Part shown: piece by piece, positions 39,121-49,166 of the stretch
Layout: each line of letters starts with the position of its first letter
Numbering within the stretch: position 1 is the stretch's first letter
Assembly: GCA_000493945.1 (NCBI GenBank)
Contig: AWNW01000013.1
Span: forward strand, 2,287-66,286
Direction: 5' to 3'
DNA length: 64,000 nucleotides
Origin: Candidatus Hydrogenedens terephthalaticus JGI OTU-1
GTDB lineage: Bacteria; Hydrogenedentota; Hydrogenedentia; Hydrogenedentales; Hydrogenedentaceae
Made by a program: the position numbers and the translations under genes
The notes under the pieces: model-generated
The model's input: the letters and a program-made list of their open reading frames with translations, nothing else
Told to the model about the DNA's origin: nothing
The model's database searches: none

Positions 39121-40296
39121 ATGCATAAGAAAAAATCTGACTTTGCTATAAATGATTATAATCTGATACAAACAAGGAAAGACTGGGAAAAAACTCTCAA
39201 AATCATTTCGATTGAACCGAAAATCGCTATTGATCTTGAAGCAAACTCTTTATACGAATATCCCGGGGAAATCTGTCTTATTCAAATTTCAGTTCGTGGT
39301 TTTGACTTCCTATTGGATCCGTTAGCCCACTTTTCATTCCCGGAATTAGGGGAGTTATTATCTAATAAAAATATTTTGAAAATTTTTCATGCTTCGGAAT
39401 ATGATTTAAGACTACTCTGGAAACAATACAAATGGCAAATTACAAATCTCTTCGATACCATGTTAGCAGGGAAACTTTTGGGTTGTAAACAACTCGGACT
39501 TGTTTCCTTACTGAAAACATTTCTAAATGTTCAACATGACAAAAAATTCCAAAAATCGAACTGGAAACATCGTCCCCTTTCCAATCAACAATTAAGTTAT
39601 GCTTATCGTGATTCTCACTATCTAATTCCATTAGCAGAAGTCTTACAAAAACAACTCGAAGAAAAAGGCTTATGGGATGAGGCACAAGAAATTTTTAATG
39701 ATTTTTCAAAAGGAATAATAATAGAAGAGGAAGAACAAAAATCTATTCAATTTTATAAAACATTTAGAAGTAAAAATCTGCCAGAAAAAAATCTAAAAAT
39801 CCTGCAGAAACTTTTCTTTTTCCGCGAAGAATTAGGTCAATCCTTACATATTCTTCCTAACAAATTAATTTCCAATAAATGCCTTTTAAACATATCTAAA
39901 AAAATTCCCGAAACCCTTGACGAGTTAAACTTAATAACGGGTATACATTCAATATCCAATAAAATAAAAAAGCAGGAACTACTCGAAGTTATATTAAAAA
40001 CTGTAAACTCGGAAGAACCCTTGTATACCCCACCAGTAAACAACAATCCACAAATAAAAAATCGCACATCTCTTCTTTTACAATGGAGAAAACAAAAATC
40101 AATTATGCGAGATATTGATTCCGATGCTATCCTCCCTAAAAACAAACTTTTTTTATTAGCATTATATGGACCTAAAACCATATCAGAACTGGAACAGTTA
40201 GAAATTTTGGGACCTGTGCGTTTAAAAATGTATGGTGAAGAAATAATTAACATTTTCAAGAAAGCCGATGAGTTTTCTGAACAACAACAATCGTAA
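39121..40296 (+). CDS. rnd: Ribonuclease D (DEDD 3'-5' exonuclease plus HRDC)
   Basis: ExoI is DLEANS, ExoII is HASEYDL and ExoIII is YAYRDSHYL. A C-terminal helical HRDC-like region is present. Confidence 0.8.
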   Translation: MHKKKSDFAINDYNLIQTRKDWEKTLKIISIEPKIAIDLEANSLYEYPGEICLIQISVRGFDFLLDPLAHFSFPELGELLSNKNILKIFHASEYDLRLLWKQYKWQITNLFDTMLAGKLLGCKQLGLVSLLKTFLNVQHDKKFQKSNWKHRPLSNQQLSYAYRDSHYLIPLAEVLQKQLEEKGLWDEAQEIFNDFSKGIIIEEEEQKSIQFYKTFRSKNLPEKNLKILQKLFFFREELGQSLHILPNKLISNKCLLNISKKIPETLDELNLITGIHSISNKIKKQELLEVILKTVNSEEPLYTPPVNNNPQIKNRTSLLLQWRKQKSIMRDIDSDAILPKNKLFLLALYGPKTISELEQLEILGPVRLKMYGEEIINIFKKADEFSEQQQS

Positions 40297-40344
40297 TACA
40301 ATATTATAAAAGCAATTACAATCGTTATAGTGGGAATATATAGT

Positions 40345-41862
40345 ATGTGGCTAAATGTAAATAAGTTCTTTTACAAAATTATTTTCTTCCTTTTTATAAT
40401 CACATCAATATGCATTTTAACTCCCAATAGTTATACAGATGAACCTGCTCTACCAAAAGGATTATCTTCAACAGAAAACACTACTCCCTCTCAAACCCCA
40501 AACAACAATGAACCTGCACTACCCCAAGGGTTAGCACCAGCCTCCCCCTCAGAACCTCAACTTCCCCAAGGATTGCAATCTCAATCGTCAAATGAACCCC
40601 AGCTCCCTCAAGGATTAGAACAAACCAACATTAAAGAAGAACAAAAAGAAGAGATTAAACAAAAAAAACCGATGCCTTTTAATTTAGATATAAAAGGATT
40701 TTGGGATAATCGTGCTGGTGTTCGATATAGAGAAGACAAACAACAATCAAAAGACTTAATCATGGGAGAATCGCGTTTACAATTAAGAGCAGATAAATTT
40801 TGGGACAAAGTAAGTATTGAGACCACAGGGGACTTTTATGGAGATTTTGTTCAAGAAGAGTTGAATTTTGACCTGCGTCAGGCACGGTTGACATGGACAT
40901 TATCTCCTACTTTAGATTTACGAATAGGACGACAAATTCTTACATGGGGAACAGGAGACCAAATTTTCATAAACGACCTCTTTCCAAAAGATTGGAATTC
41001 CTTCTTCGTAGGCAGAGAACAAGAATATCTAAAAGCCCCGTCTGATTCTATAAAATTAGGCTGGTATCCTGAATGGTTTAACTTCGAACTTGTATATACT
41101 CCTCGCTTTACACCCGATAGATATATAACAGGTAACCCTATCACTTTCTGGAATCCTCTTTTTAATGAACTCCAGGGAGATGAACAAGTTATCCGACCTG
41201 ACCATCCCGGTCCTCGTTTCCATGACGATGAATGGGCTTTCCGAGCATATAGAAAGATAAACAACTTCGAATTTGCCTTATATGCTTATTCCGGAAGATG
41301 GAAAAGTCCCGGGGGACAAAAACTATTACCTCCTTTACAGGCATATTTTCCAAAACTAAATGTTTATGGAACCAGTTTAAGAGGACCTGTGGGGAAAGGA
41401 ATATTATCTTTAGAAATTGGTTATTACGATTCAAAAGAGGACCGTGATGGGAGCAGTCCATTCATAAATAACTCGGAGTTCCGTTTCTTAGTAGGATACG
41501 AACAGGAATTAGCAAAAGACTTTACAGGCGCTTTTCAGGTTTATTTAGAACACATGTTAGATTATGGAAATTATGAAAACAATCAGCCATTCTGGGTACA
41601 TAATAAAGATGAAAATCGCCTCTTAACCACAATCCGTCTTACAAAACAATTAATGAACCAAAATCTTATTTTGTCATGGTTCATGTATTATTCACCAACA
41701 GACCAGGACTTCTTTTTAAGACCTAATGTTCGTTATAAAATAAATGATAAATGGTGGGTTGAAGGTGGTGCCAATATCTTCATTGGAAATGAACCGTATA
41801 CCTTCTTTGGACAATTTATGGAAAACTCCAATATTTATATAGGTGCAAGATGTTATTTCTAA
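40345..41862 (+). CDS. Putative outer-membrane beta-barrel protein (alginate-export/DUF1302-like) with an N-terminal Pro-rich repeat linker
   Basis: The ATG at 40345 gives a signal peptide. There are four NEPxLP(K/Q)GL repeats. LRIGRQILTWGTGDQ and alternating aromatic beta-strand patterns run to a terminal F (ARCYF). Confidence 0.5.
   Translation: MWLNVNKFFYKIIFFLFIITSICILTPNSYTDEPALPKGLSSTENTTPSQTPNNNEPALPQGLAPASPSEPQLPQGLQSQSSNEPQLPQGLEQTNIKEEQKEEIKQKKPMPFNLDIKGFWDNRAGVRYREDKQQSKDLIMGESRLQLRADKFWDKVSIETTGDFYGDFVQEELNFDLRQARLTWTLSPTLDLRIGRQILTWGTGDQIFINDLFPKDWNSFFVGREQEYLKAPSDSIKLGWYPEWFNFELVYTPRFTPDRYITGNPITFWNPLFNELQGDEQVIRPDHPGPRFHDDEWAFRAYRKINNFEFALYAYSGRWKSPGGQKLLPPLQAYFPKLNVYGTSLRGPVGKGILSLEIGYYDSKEDRDGSSPFINNSEFRFLVGYEQELAKDFTGAFQVYLEHMLDYGNYENNQPFWVHNKDENRLLTTIRLTKQLMNQNLILSWFMYYSPTDQDFFLRPNVRYKINDKWWVEGGANIFIGNEPYTFFGQFMENSNIYIGARCYF
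40441..40617 (+). repeat. Four degenerate 24-nt coding repeats (gaaccNNNNctNccNcaaggNttN) encoding EPxLP(K/Q)GL
   Basis: Copies lie at 40441-40464, 40510-40533, 40552-40575 and 40594-40617. Confidence 0.7.
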
Positions 41863-41891
41863 TCATCTAACACTACATAGGACTTTATATA

Positions 41892-43631
41892 ATGCACAAA
41901 CAAAAAAAAGTAATACTTTACTATATCCCTCTTTTAGTAATCCCATTATTTCTTATAACAGATAATATTTATGCTAAGAAGAAAGCCTCTGATAAAAAAG
42001 CCCCTCCTAAACAGTCTATTCCCACAAATCAATATGAAAACCAACAATATAGCGAATATTCAGGGACCAAAGGAATATTAGATATTGATGTAACGGATGT
42101 TTTAGGAAAATATTGGAGAGCCAGAGTTGATTTATTGAATATAGAGGATGGAAAACGATACCGATTTGATTTTCCAGAGGGTAAAGGAGAACAAAAAGTC
42201 CCTGTGGGAAGTTTTAGAGCGTATATTTATGCTTACGATAACGGGATTCCTGTAATGGTCCAAATCAAGGATATTACCATAAAAGAAAATCAACCTGTTT
42301 TCATTCCAATCACACTTCTGGAAGGAACCACAGGTCCCCTTGTCTTAAGAGATTTTGATAGTGATTGTGACCTTGTTCTGGATAGAGTTGAAATAGAATC
42401 GGGAACAGACCCTTACAACCCTCTGGACATACCCGGTAAAAAAACAATACCAGTTGAGAATAAAGTTATTCAGAATAAATCGGGATGGTATAAAGGTGAA
42501 TTATGTTGCTTCTCTAAATATAGCATTGGTAGTGAAACTGTAGGAGAACTAATCAAAAGAGCAGAAAAGGATGGGCTTGATTTTATCGCTATAACCGACA
42601 TAAACACATTAAAATCCATTGAAGACCCTGAATACCGTTCTGACAAACTTGTTCTCATACCCGCAATGAAATGGGGTAATGACCAGATGGGTTATGCTCT
42701 GGTTTATTGTCCACGAACACCTTTGGATAGCCCAACAACAATTCCAGAAGCACAGGCGGAATGTCTTCGTGTTCAGGCACAGGGAGGTATTTTTGCTATC
42801 GCCCATCCATGTTTTCCAACAGGATTCTGGCGATGGGGATTAAGTTATGTGAACGCCATTCAGGTATGGTGTAGAGAATGGAGATCTGTTCCACCCCTTA
42901 CTATAGACAAATTAGACGATTGGCTCAAAGAAAAAAAAGACGGGAAATTTGTTTACTCCCTTGCTGCGGCTGTAAATGAATCCAAAATAGCATCTGTTTC
43001 TGCTAATTCCCAATCAGCCCGCTTCTGGGATTATGAAATAGCACGGGGGGCTATGGTCTGTGGTATTGCAGGAAGTCATTCTTCTAACCCATCGGTCCCC
43101 TTAGGAAAGCCTATAACCTATGTCCGTGCAGAAAATAAATCATTAGGTGCTATCCTTGAAGGACTTCGTTTAGGTAGAACTTATGTATCCTCGGGTGCTA
43201 ATGGTCCTAAATTAAGTTTCATGGCAGATTCATTAGCCGACAATAAAATTGATGTAAGTATCGGAGGCATTGTTCCTTTAGGAATTGATATTCGTTTTGA
43301 GGCAATTGTTGAAAATGCAAAAGGAAAAAAGTTAGAGGTGTTATTTAATGGAAGACCAATCGTTACAAAAATAATAGAAAGCGATAACTTTACGGTTCGT
43401 TTCACAGACAAACCTATACGCAGTGGTGCTTACCGTCTCCGAGTTATTGGTCCTCCAGAAAATACAAAAGGTTTTGGTGATGTAGAAGTATATGCTATGA
43501 CCAGCCCTATTTATGCACAGGATATTACAGCTGAATTACTCTGGCGTTTGCCTAAATTTGATCCTAAAAAAGCATGGATAGAAATTAAACCCAGTGAAGA
43601 AGGTTCCTACCTCAACCTCCCTGAAAACTGA
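41892..43631 (+). CDS. Secreted PHP/CehA-like domain protein with degenerate metal-ligand motifs
   Basis: A signal peptide is present. The DGLDFIAITDINTL segment resembles the PHP core, and AIAHPCFP is also seen. An acidic DSDCDLVLDRVEIESGTDPYNPLD Ca-binding-like stretch is present. Confidence 0.45.
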   Translation: MHKQKKVILYYIPLLVIPLFLITDNIYAKKKASDKKAPPKQSIPTNQYENQQYSEYSGTKGILDIDVTDVLGKYWRARVDLLNIEDGKRYRFDFPEGKGEQKVPVGSFRAYIYAYDNGIPVMVQIKDITIKENQPVFIPITLLEGTTGPLVLRDFDSDCDLVLDRVEIESGTDPYNPLDIPGKKTIPVENKVIQNKSGWYKGELCCFSKYSIGSETVGELIKRAEKDGLDFIAITDINTLKSIEDPEYRSDKLVLIPAMKWGNDQMGYALVYCPRTPLDSPTTIPEAQAECLRVQAQGGIFAIAHPCFPTGFWRWGLSYVNAIQVWCREWRSVPPLTIDKLDDWLKEKKDGKFVYSLAAAVNESKIASVSANSQSARFWDYEIARGAMVCGIAGSHSSNPSVPLGKPITYVRAENKSLGAILEGLRLGRTYVSSGANGPKLSFMADSLADNKIDVSIGGIVPLGIDIRFEAIVENAKGKKLEVLFNGRPIVTKIIESDNFTVRFTDKPIRSGAYRLRVIGPPENTKGFGDVEVYAMTSPIYAQDITAELLWRLPKFDPKKAWIEIKPSEEGSYLNLPEN

Positions 43632-43730
43632 CCTTTTACAATTCCTTTTTTTGATAAAATATAATAACTAATTGAAATGAGATTGAAGTAATCTTTGTTA
43701 TACCAATAATTATCTAATAAGGCATATCCA

Positions 43731-44549
43731 ATGGAAGAAATAAATAATACATATTTAGACAATGACCCTCTTATCATAGCGGGCAGAAAATTTAAGTCCC
43801 GTATTTTAATTGGCACCGGCAAATTTCCCTCTGCTGAAGCATTACGAAAAACAATTGAGGCTTCTGGCACGGAGATTATAACTGTTGCACTCAGACGGGT
43901 TGATCTAAAAAAACCGGAAAATGATAGTATTCTTTCTGTCCTCAATCCCAAAGAAGTCTTAATTTTACCTAATACAAGTGGAGCGAGAACTGCAGAAGAA
44001 GCATTAAAATTAGCACGAATTGCTCGGGCTGCAGGATTGGAACCCTGGGTAAAATTAGAATTAACTCCTGAACCTCGATATTTGCTACCTGACCCTATCG
44101 AGACTCTCAAAGCGGCAGAGTTGTTGATTAAAGATGGCTTTACAGTCCTTCCTTATATTCAGGCAGACCCCATACTTGCAAAAAAATTGGAAGAATTAGG
44201 CACTGCCACAGTTATGCCATTAGGTTCTCCTATCGGTAGCAATAAAGGATTAAAAACGAAGGAATTTATAAAAATTATCATAGAACAATCTAATATTCCA
44301 GTAGTTGTAGATGCAGGATTAGGAGCACCATCCCATGCCGCAGAAGCAATGGAAATGGGTGCAGATGCAGTCCTTGTAAATACTGCACTTGCCGACGCTC
44401 AAGACCATGAAAAAATGGCTATAGCTTTCCGATTATCCACCGAAGCAGGACGGTTAGCTTTCCGAGCCGGTTTAGGTCCTCAACGAAATACAGCAGAGGC
44501 TTCTTCCCCATTAACAGGTTTCTTGTTTAACTCAAATAACAAATCCTAA
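43731..44549 (+). CDS. thiG: Thiazole synthase
   Basis: [18 protein letters not shown]-terminus, LPNTSGA and [10 protein letters not shown] motifs. Confidence 0.9.
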   Translation: MEEINNTYLDNDPLIIAGRKFKSRILIGTGKFPSAEALRKTIEASGTEIITVALRRVDLKKPENDSILSVLNPKEVLILPNTSGARTAEEALKLARIARAAGLEPWVKLELTPEPRYLLPDPIETLKAAELLIKDGFTVLPYIQADPILAKKLEELGTATVMPLGSPIGSNKGLKTKEFIKIIIEQSNIPVVVDAGLGAPSHAAEAMEMGADAVLVNTALADAQDHEKMAIAFRLSTEAGRLAFRAGLGPQRNTAEASSPLTGFLFNSNNKS

Positions 44550-44568
44550 TAACAAATTATGTAATTAT

Positions 44569-45723
44569 ATGGAACCTTTCTCTTTTTCAAATATACTCAA
44601 TAAATGGAGTTCAGAACTTATTCAAGAAATATATCAAAGAACTGATGAAGACAAAGTTTTGCATGCTTTGGACAAAGATACTTTATCTATTGAAGATTTA
44701 ATTGCACTCCTATCCCCAAAGGCACAACCTTTCCTCGAAAAAATGGCTCAAAAAGCAAACCGACTAACACGATGGCACTTTGGCAGAACCATATCTTTAT
44801 ATGCACCTATTTATCTTTCCAATCTTTGTGCATCGGATTGTGTATATTGTTATTTTGCATCGCATTCGGGTATCCGTGAAAAACGAGTTACACTCACCGA
44901 AGAACAATTACGGAGCGAATGCATTGCATTGAATGAAAAGGGAATTCAGACTATATTACTTCTTACAGGTGACGCCCCTAAAATAGTCCCTGTAGATTAC
45001 ATATCTCAGGCAGTGCGTATTGCGAAAGAGTACTTTAAATCGGTTAGTATCGAGGTGTATTCCATGGATGAAGAACATTATGCGCAATTGGCAAAAGACG
45101 GAACTGAAGGCGTTACCTTATACATGGAAACTTATGATAAAGACACTTATGATAAGGTTCATTTATCCGGAAAGAAAAAAGATTACCTATACCGCCTCGA
45201 TGCTCTGGAAAGAGCTGGAAGAGCCGGTATTCGTAGGCTTACTTGCGGCGTCCTGCTGGGATTAAGCGACTGGCGACTTGATATTGTATGGCTTGCATTA
45301 CATGCAAAATATTTAGAAAAAATGTGCTGGCAAAGCGTTGTTTCTCTCTCATTCCCGAGACTAAAACATACCCCTTCTCGTTTTAAGGTTCCTCATATAG
45401 TCAGTCTTCAGGAATTGGTTCAAATTATCACCGCCATGCGACTTTTCATGCCTTATTCTCCTTTCAATTTAAGCACTCGTGAAAGTGCAGAAGTGCGTAA
45501 CCATCTAATTCCATTAGGAATTACTTCCATGAGTGCCGGTTCTTCAACTCGTCCCGGAGGCTATAAGGTTTATCAGGGGACTACCCCTACACAGCGTCCC
45601 GTATTGGAACAATTTGAAATTGATGACCAACGAACCGTAGAAGAAGTTGTATCTGCCATCAAAGATAAAGGATATGACCCTGTCTGGATTGACTTTGACC
45701 CCGGCTTTATAAAATCATTATAG
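44569..45723 (+). CDS. thiH: 2-iminoacetate synthase (tyrosine lyase), radical SAM
   Basis: The CX3CX2C motif is CASDCVYC. The length is 384 aa and it lies immediately downstream of thiG. Confidence 0.8.
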   Translation: MEPFSFSNILNKWSSELIQEIYQRTDEDKVLHALDKDTLSIEDLIALLSPKAQPFLEKMAQKANRLTRWHFGRTISLYAPIYLSNLCASDCVYCYFASHSGIREKRVTLTEEQLRSECIALNEKGIQTILLLTGDAPKIVPVDYISQAVRIAKEYFKSVSIEVYSMDEEHYAQLAKDGTEGVTLYMETYDKDTYDKVHLSGKKKDYLYRLDALERAGRAGIRRLTCGVLLGLSDWRLDIVWLALHAKYLEKMCWQSVVSLSFPRLKHTPSRFKVPHIVSLQELVQIITAMRLFMPYSPFNLSTRESAEVRNHLIPLGITSMSAGSSTRPGGYKVYQGTTPTQRPVLEQFEIDDQRTVEEVVSAIKDKGYDPVWIDFDPGFIKSL

Positions 45724-45743
45724 AAAACAATAGGAGACTTAAA

Positions 45744-47348
45744 ATGAAAAAATACTCTATTCTCATCTTCCTTCTTGTCTTAATCTTTACAGCAAATGCT
45801 CAAACAATAAACCCATCAGATTTCAAAGAACTTTCCCGAGAAAAATACATTGACAAATGTAAAGGAGCATGGTTAGGGCAAATGATAGGTGTAACTTATG
45901 GAGATAAGTATGAATTTCGTTCCAACGGAATTCCCATACTTGATTCCTTAGACGAATGGTCTTCAGAAGCATTAGAACGAGCCTTTGCGCAAGACGATTT
46001 ATATGTAGAAATGACTTTTTTAGAATCGATTGAAAAACATGGAATTAATATTTCTTTTGAACAGGCTGGAAAAGCCTTTGCAGATTCAAAATATCCTTTA
46101 TGGCATGCGAACAAGGCGGGTCGGGAAAATGTCAGAAAAGGTATTATGCCTCCCCTATCGGGTCATCCTCGTTTTAATCCTCATGCAGATGATATTGATT
46201 TCCAGATTGAAAGTGACTTATTCGGAATTATTACCCCTGGTTTATTTAAGGAAATGCAACAAATAGCAGAAGTTTTTGGCTCTATCATGAATTATGGTGA
46301 TGGCCTTTATGCTGGATACTTTATCGCAGGAATGTATTCCGCTTCTTTCTTTATTGAGGATAATGTAGAAGAAGTAGTTCAAATAGGGCTTTCATGTATC
46401 CCACCCGAAAGCACCTATCGCAAATGCATAGAAGATGTCATTACATCTTACCACCAGCACCCTGATGACTGGCTTGAAACATGGAAATATATCGAACACA
46501 AATGGCAGGATGATATAGACTGCCTACCGGGAAATCTTGTAAATATTGACGCAAAAATCAATGGTGCTTATGTGGTCATTGGCTTACTTTATGGAAAAGG
46601 AGACTTAAAAAAAACACTTGAAATTTCAACTCGATGTGGACAGGATGCCGACTGCAATCCTTCATCAGCTGCCGGAATTTTATGTTGTATGAAAGGTTTT
46701 TCCGCTTTAGAACCTCTCTGGAAAGAGCATTTGCCCAAAGTTAGTGATAATAAATTTATCTTCACAAATTACTCATGGAATACACTTATTGATGCATCGG
46801 TTCGTGTTGCTGAACAAATCATTCTAAAAGCAGGCGGAACTATTGAAAATGACATTTATAAAATTCCTGTTCAAACACCAACTCCACCACCAACATTAGA
46901 GCAGTGGGTAAATAAAAAAGAAATTTTTAAACCACCAGTTCTTACTGAGGAAATAGCAAAATGGAACTCTCTCTGGAAAGTAAAATCTTGCATGAAATCG
47001 GAAGAAGTAGGTGTATTTCAAAATAAATTTAATCGTGATAATGTGCTTATACTTATTCCGCCAGAAGAAGGTGTTCCTGCTCTTATTGAATACTTCTCTG
47101 AAATCCCAACAAATGCGAAACAATTATCAATAGAAACATGTTCACCCCTGAATAAACCTTTTTTACTTCGACTTAGAGTAGATTATTTTCTTGTCTATGA
47201 ACAGACTGTTAATGATACACAGTGGGTAAAATTACCGGTAAATATTGAAAAATGGGCTGGTAGTCAACATGTAATAACCATAGAAATCTTTTCTATGGAG
47301 CAGAAAAATAACATCGCTGTCTGTTTGGGAAATATTACATTCCAATAA
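45744..47348 (+). CDS. Secreted ADP-ribosylglycohydrolase-family protein with a C-terminal extension
   Basis: A signal peptide is present. The N-terminal GAWLGQMIGVTYGDKYEF and the distal CGQDADCNPSSAAGI correspond to the two ARH metal-binding motifs. An extra ~160 aa C-terminal domain follows. Confidence 0.6.
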   Translation: MKKYSILIFLLVLIFTANAQTINPSDFKELSREKYIDKCKGAWLGQMIGVTYGDKYEFRSNGIPILDSLDEWSSEALERAFAQDDLYVEMTFLESIEKHGINISFEQAGKAFADSKYPLWHANKAGRENVRKGIMPPLSGHPRFNPHADDIDFQIESDLFGIITPGLFKEMQQIAEVFGSIMNYGDGLYAGYFIAGMYSASFFIEDNVEEVVQIGLSCIPPESTYRKCIEDVITSYHQHPDDWLETWKYIEHKWQDDIDCLPGNLVNIDAKINGAYVVIGLLYGKGDLKKTLEISTRCGQDADCNPSSAAGILCCMKGFSALEPLWKEHLPKVSDNKFIFTNYSWNTLIDASVRVAEQIILKAGGTIENDIYKIPVQTPTPPPTLEQWVNKKEIFKPPVLTEEIAKWNSLWKVKSCMKSEEVGVFQNKFNRDNVLILIPPEEGVPALIEYFSEIPTNAKQLSIETCSPLNKPFLLRLRVDYFLVYEQTVNDTQWVKLPVNIEKWAGSQHVITIEIFSMEQKNNIAVCLGNITFQ

Positions 47349-47438
47349 ATACAAACATGAAAGAATCGTCCCAAATCGTTTAAAATATATACCTAACTAA
47401 CAAAACATTGAAAACCTCTCACAAAAAGGAGTTTAAAT

Positions 47439-48896
47439 ATGGCTGTTGCTCCCATTAGTTTTCCAAAAATTCACTCAGGTCTCCCCTATAAAATCAAAGA
47501 TATTAAACTGGCAGAATTAGGTAGAAAAGAAATCGAATTAGCAGAACATGAAATGCCCGGTTTAATGGCTCTTCGCGAAAGATATGCCACAAAACAACCA
47601 TTGAAAGGCGCCCGCATTATGGGTTCCCTTCACATGACAATCGAAACGGCTGTTCTAATAGAAACATTAAAAATATTAGGTGCAGATGTCCGCTGGGCTT
47701 CTTGTAATATCTATTCCACACAGGACCAGGCGGCTGCCGCCATTGTTGCTACAGGAACTCCGGTCTTCGCATGGAAAGGTGAAACATTGGAAGAATACTG
47801 GTGGTGCACTTATCAAGCCATGTGTTTCCCTAATGGAGAGACACCCAACATGATAGTAGACGATGGAGGAGATGCCACACTTCTTATACATCGAGGATAT
47901 GAATTAGAAGAGTATGTTCGTAAAAATGGTAAACTCCCTCCTATTAGTGACGGACATAAGGAACTCCAAATTATTGACAGTCTACTCCATCAGATTTATC
48001 AAGAAGACCCCGAACGCTGGCACCGCACTGTTGAAAACTGGATTGGTGTATCCGAAGAAACAACCACAGGTGTCCATCGCCTATATCAAATGATGAAAGA
48101 AGGCAAACTTCTAACGCGTGCCATGAATGTTAACGATTCCGTAACCAAATCAAAGTTTGATAATCTTTATGGCTGCCGCGAGTCGTTAGGTGATGGAATC
48201 AAAAGGGCTACCGATGTTATGATTGCGGGAAAAACAGTTGTTGTAGCTGGTTATGGTGATGTAGGCAAAGGTTGTGCTCAAGCAATGCGAGGGTTAGGAG
48301 CACGCGTTATAATCACCGAGATTGACCCTATCTGTGCTTTACAGGCGGCTATGGAAGGCTATGAAGTCATGAGAATGGAAGACGCCGCTTCCATCGGCGA
48401 TATTTTTGTTACGGCAACCGGTTGTTGCGATGTTATCCGTGGCGAACACATGCTTAAAATGAAACATCGTGCTATCCTGTGTAATATCGGACATTTCGAC
48501 GCAGAAATTGATGTAAATTGGCTTGAAAAACAAGAAAATATCCGAGAAGAGAATATCAAACCGCAGGTAGATAAATTTATCTTCCCAGACGGCAAAGAAA
48601 TCATTTTGCTCGCCCGCGGAAGATTGGTTAATTTAGGCTGTGCCACAGGACATCCCTCTTTCGTTATGTCCAATTCATTCACAAATCAAACCCTTGCCCA
48701 AATTGCTCTTTTTACCGAGCCAGAAAAATATGAACGAGGGAAAGTTTACACACTACCTAAAAAATTAGACGAAGAAGTTGCACGGCTGCATCTCGAAAAA
48801 ATTGGTGTAAAATTAGACCGACTAACTCAAAAGCAAGCAGACTACATTGGCGTTCCTATTGACGGACCCTACAAACCCGACCACTATCGCTATTAA
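47439..48896 (+). CDS. ahcY: Adenosylhomocysteinase
   Basis: [19 protein letters not shown] and GYGDVGKG motifs. Confidence 0.92.
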   Translation: MAVAPISFPKIHSGLPYKIKDIKLAELGRKEIELAEHEMPGLMALRERYATKQPLKGARIMGSLHMTIETAVLIETLKILGADVRWASCNIYSTQDQAAAAIVATGTPVFAWKGETLEEYWWCTYQAMCFPNGETPNMIVDDGGDATLLIHRGYELEEYVRKNGKLPPISDGHKELQIIDSLLHQIYQEDPERWHRTVENWIGVSEETTTGVHRLYQMMKEGKLLTRAMNVNDSVTKSKFDNLYGCRESLGDGIKRATDVMIAGKTVVVAGYGDVGKGCAQAMRGLGARVIITEIDPICALQAAMEGYEVMRMEDAASIGDIFVTATGCCDVIRGEHMLKMKHRAILCNIGHFDAEIDVNWLEKQENIREENIKPQVDKFIFPDGKEIILLARGRLVNLGCATGHPSFVMSNSFTNQTLAQIALFTEPEKYERGKVYTLPKKLDEEVARLHLEKIGVKLDRLTQKQADYIGVPIDGPYKPDHYRY

Positions 48897-49109
48897 TTTG
48901 CACACATAATTCATTTGAATGATCATGCAGAATAACCTACTTTTTAGATAAAAAGAAATAGACATAATAGATAGTGTGTTCTTCTCTATATAATAAGGAA
49001 GTTTCCGACTTTGGCTTTGGTTCAAAGTAATCTGTGATTTCCCGAATTATAAACAAATCAATTAAAAAATATAGTTTTATACTTGTATTTATTTGTGTAA
49101 GTTTCGTTT

Positions 49110-49157
49110 AAAAAACATACGGGCGAATGTATAAAAAATTCGCCCGTATATATTTTT
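49110..49157. terminator. Bidirectional intrinsic terminator between ahcY and glmS
   Basis: A 12-bp stem, atacgggcgaat (49117-49128) with attcgcccgtat (49138-49149), is flanked by an A-run upstream and a T-run downstream. Confidence 0.6.
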
Positions 49158-49166
49158 CTATATTCT

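Noticed and set aside
39837-40301. A 154-aa minus-strand ORF
   Set aside because: It is antisense to the rnd HRDC region and gives a low-complexity translation.
40608-41461. Minus-strand ORFs 40608..40826, 40878..41264 and 41189..41461
   Set aside because: They are antisense shadows within the outer-membrane barrel gene.
43607-44110. A 167-aa minus-strand ORF
   Set aside because: It is antisense to thiG, whose identity is strongly supported.
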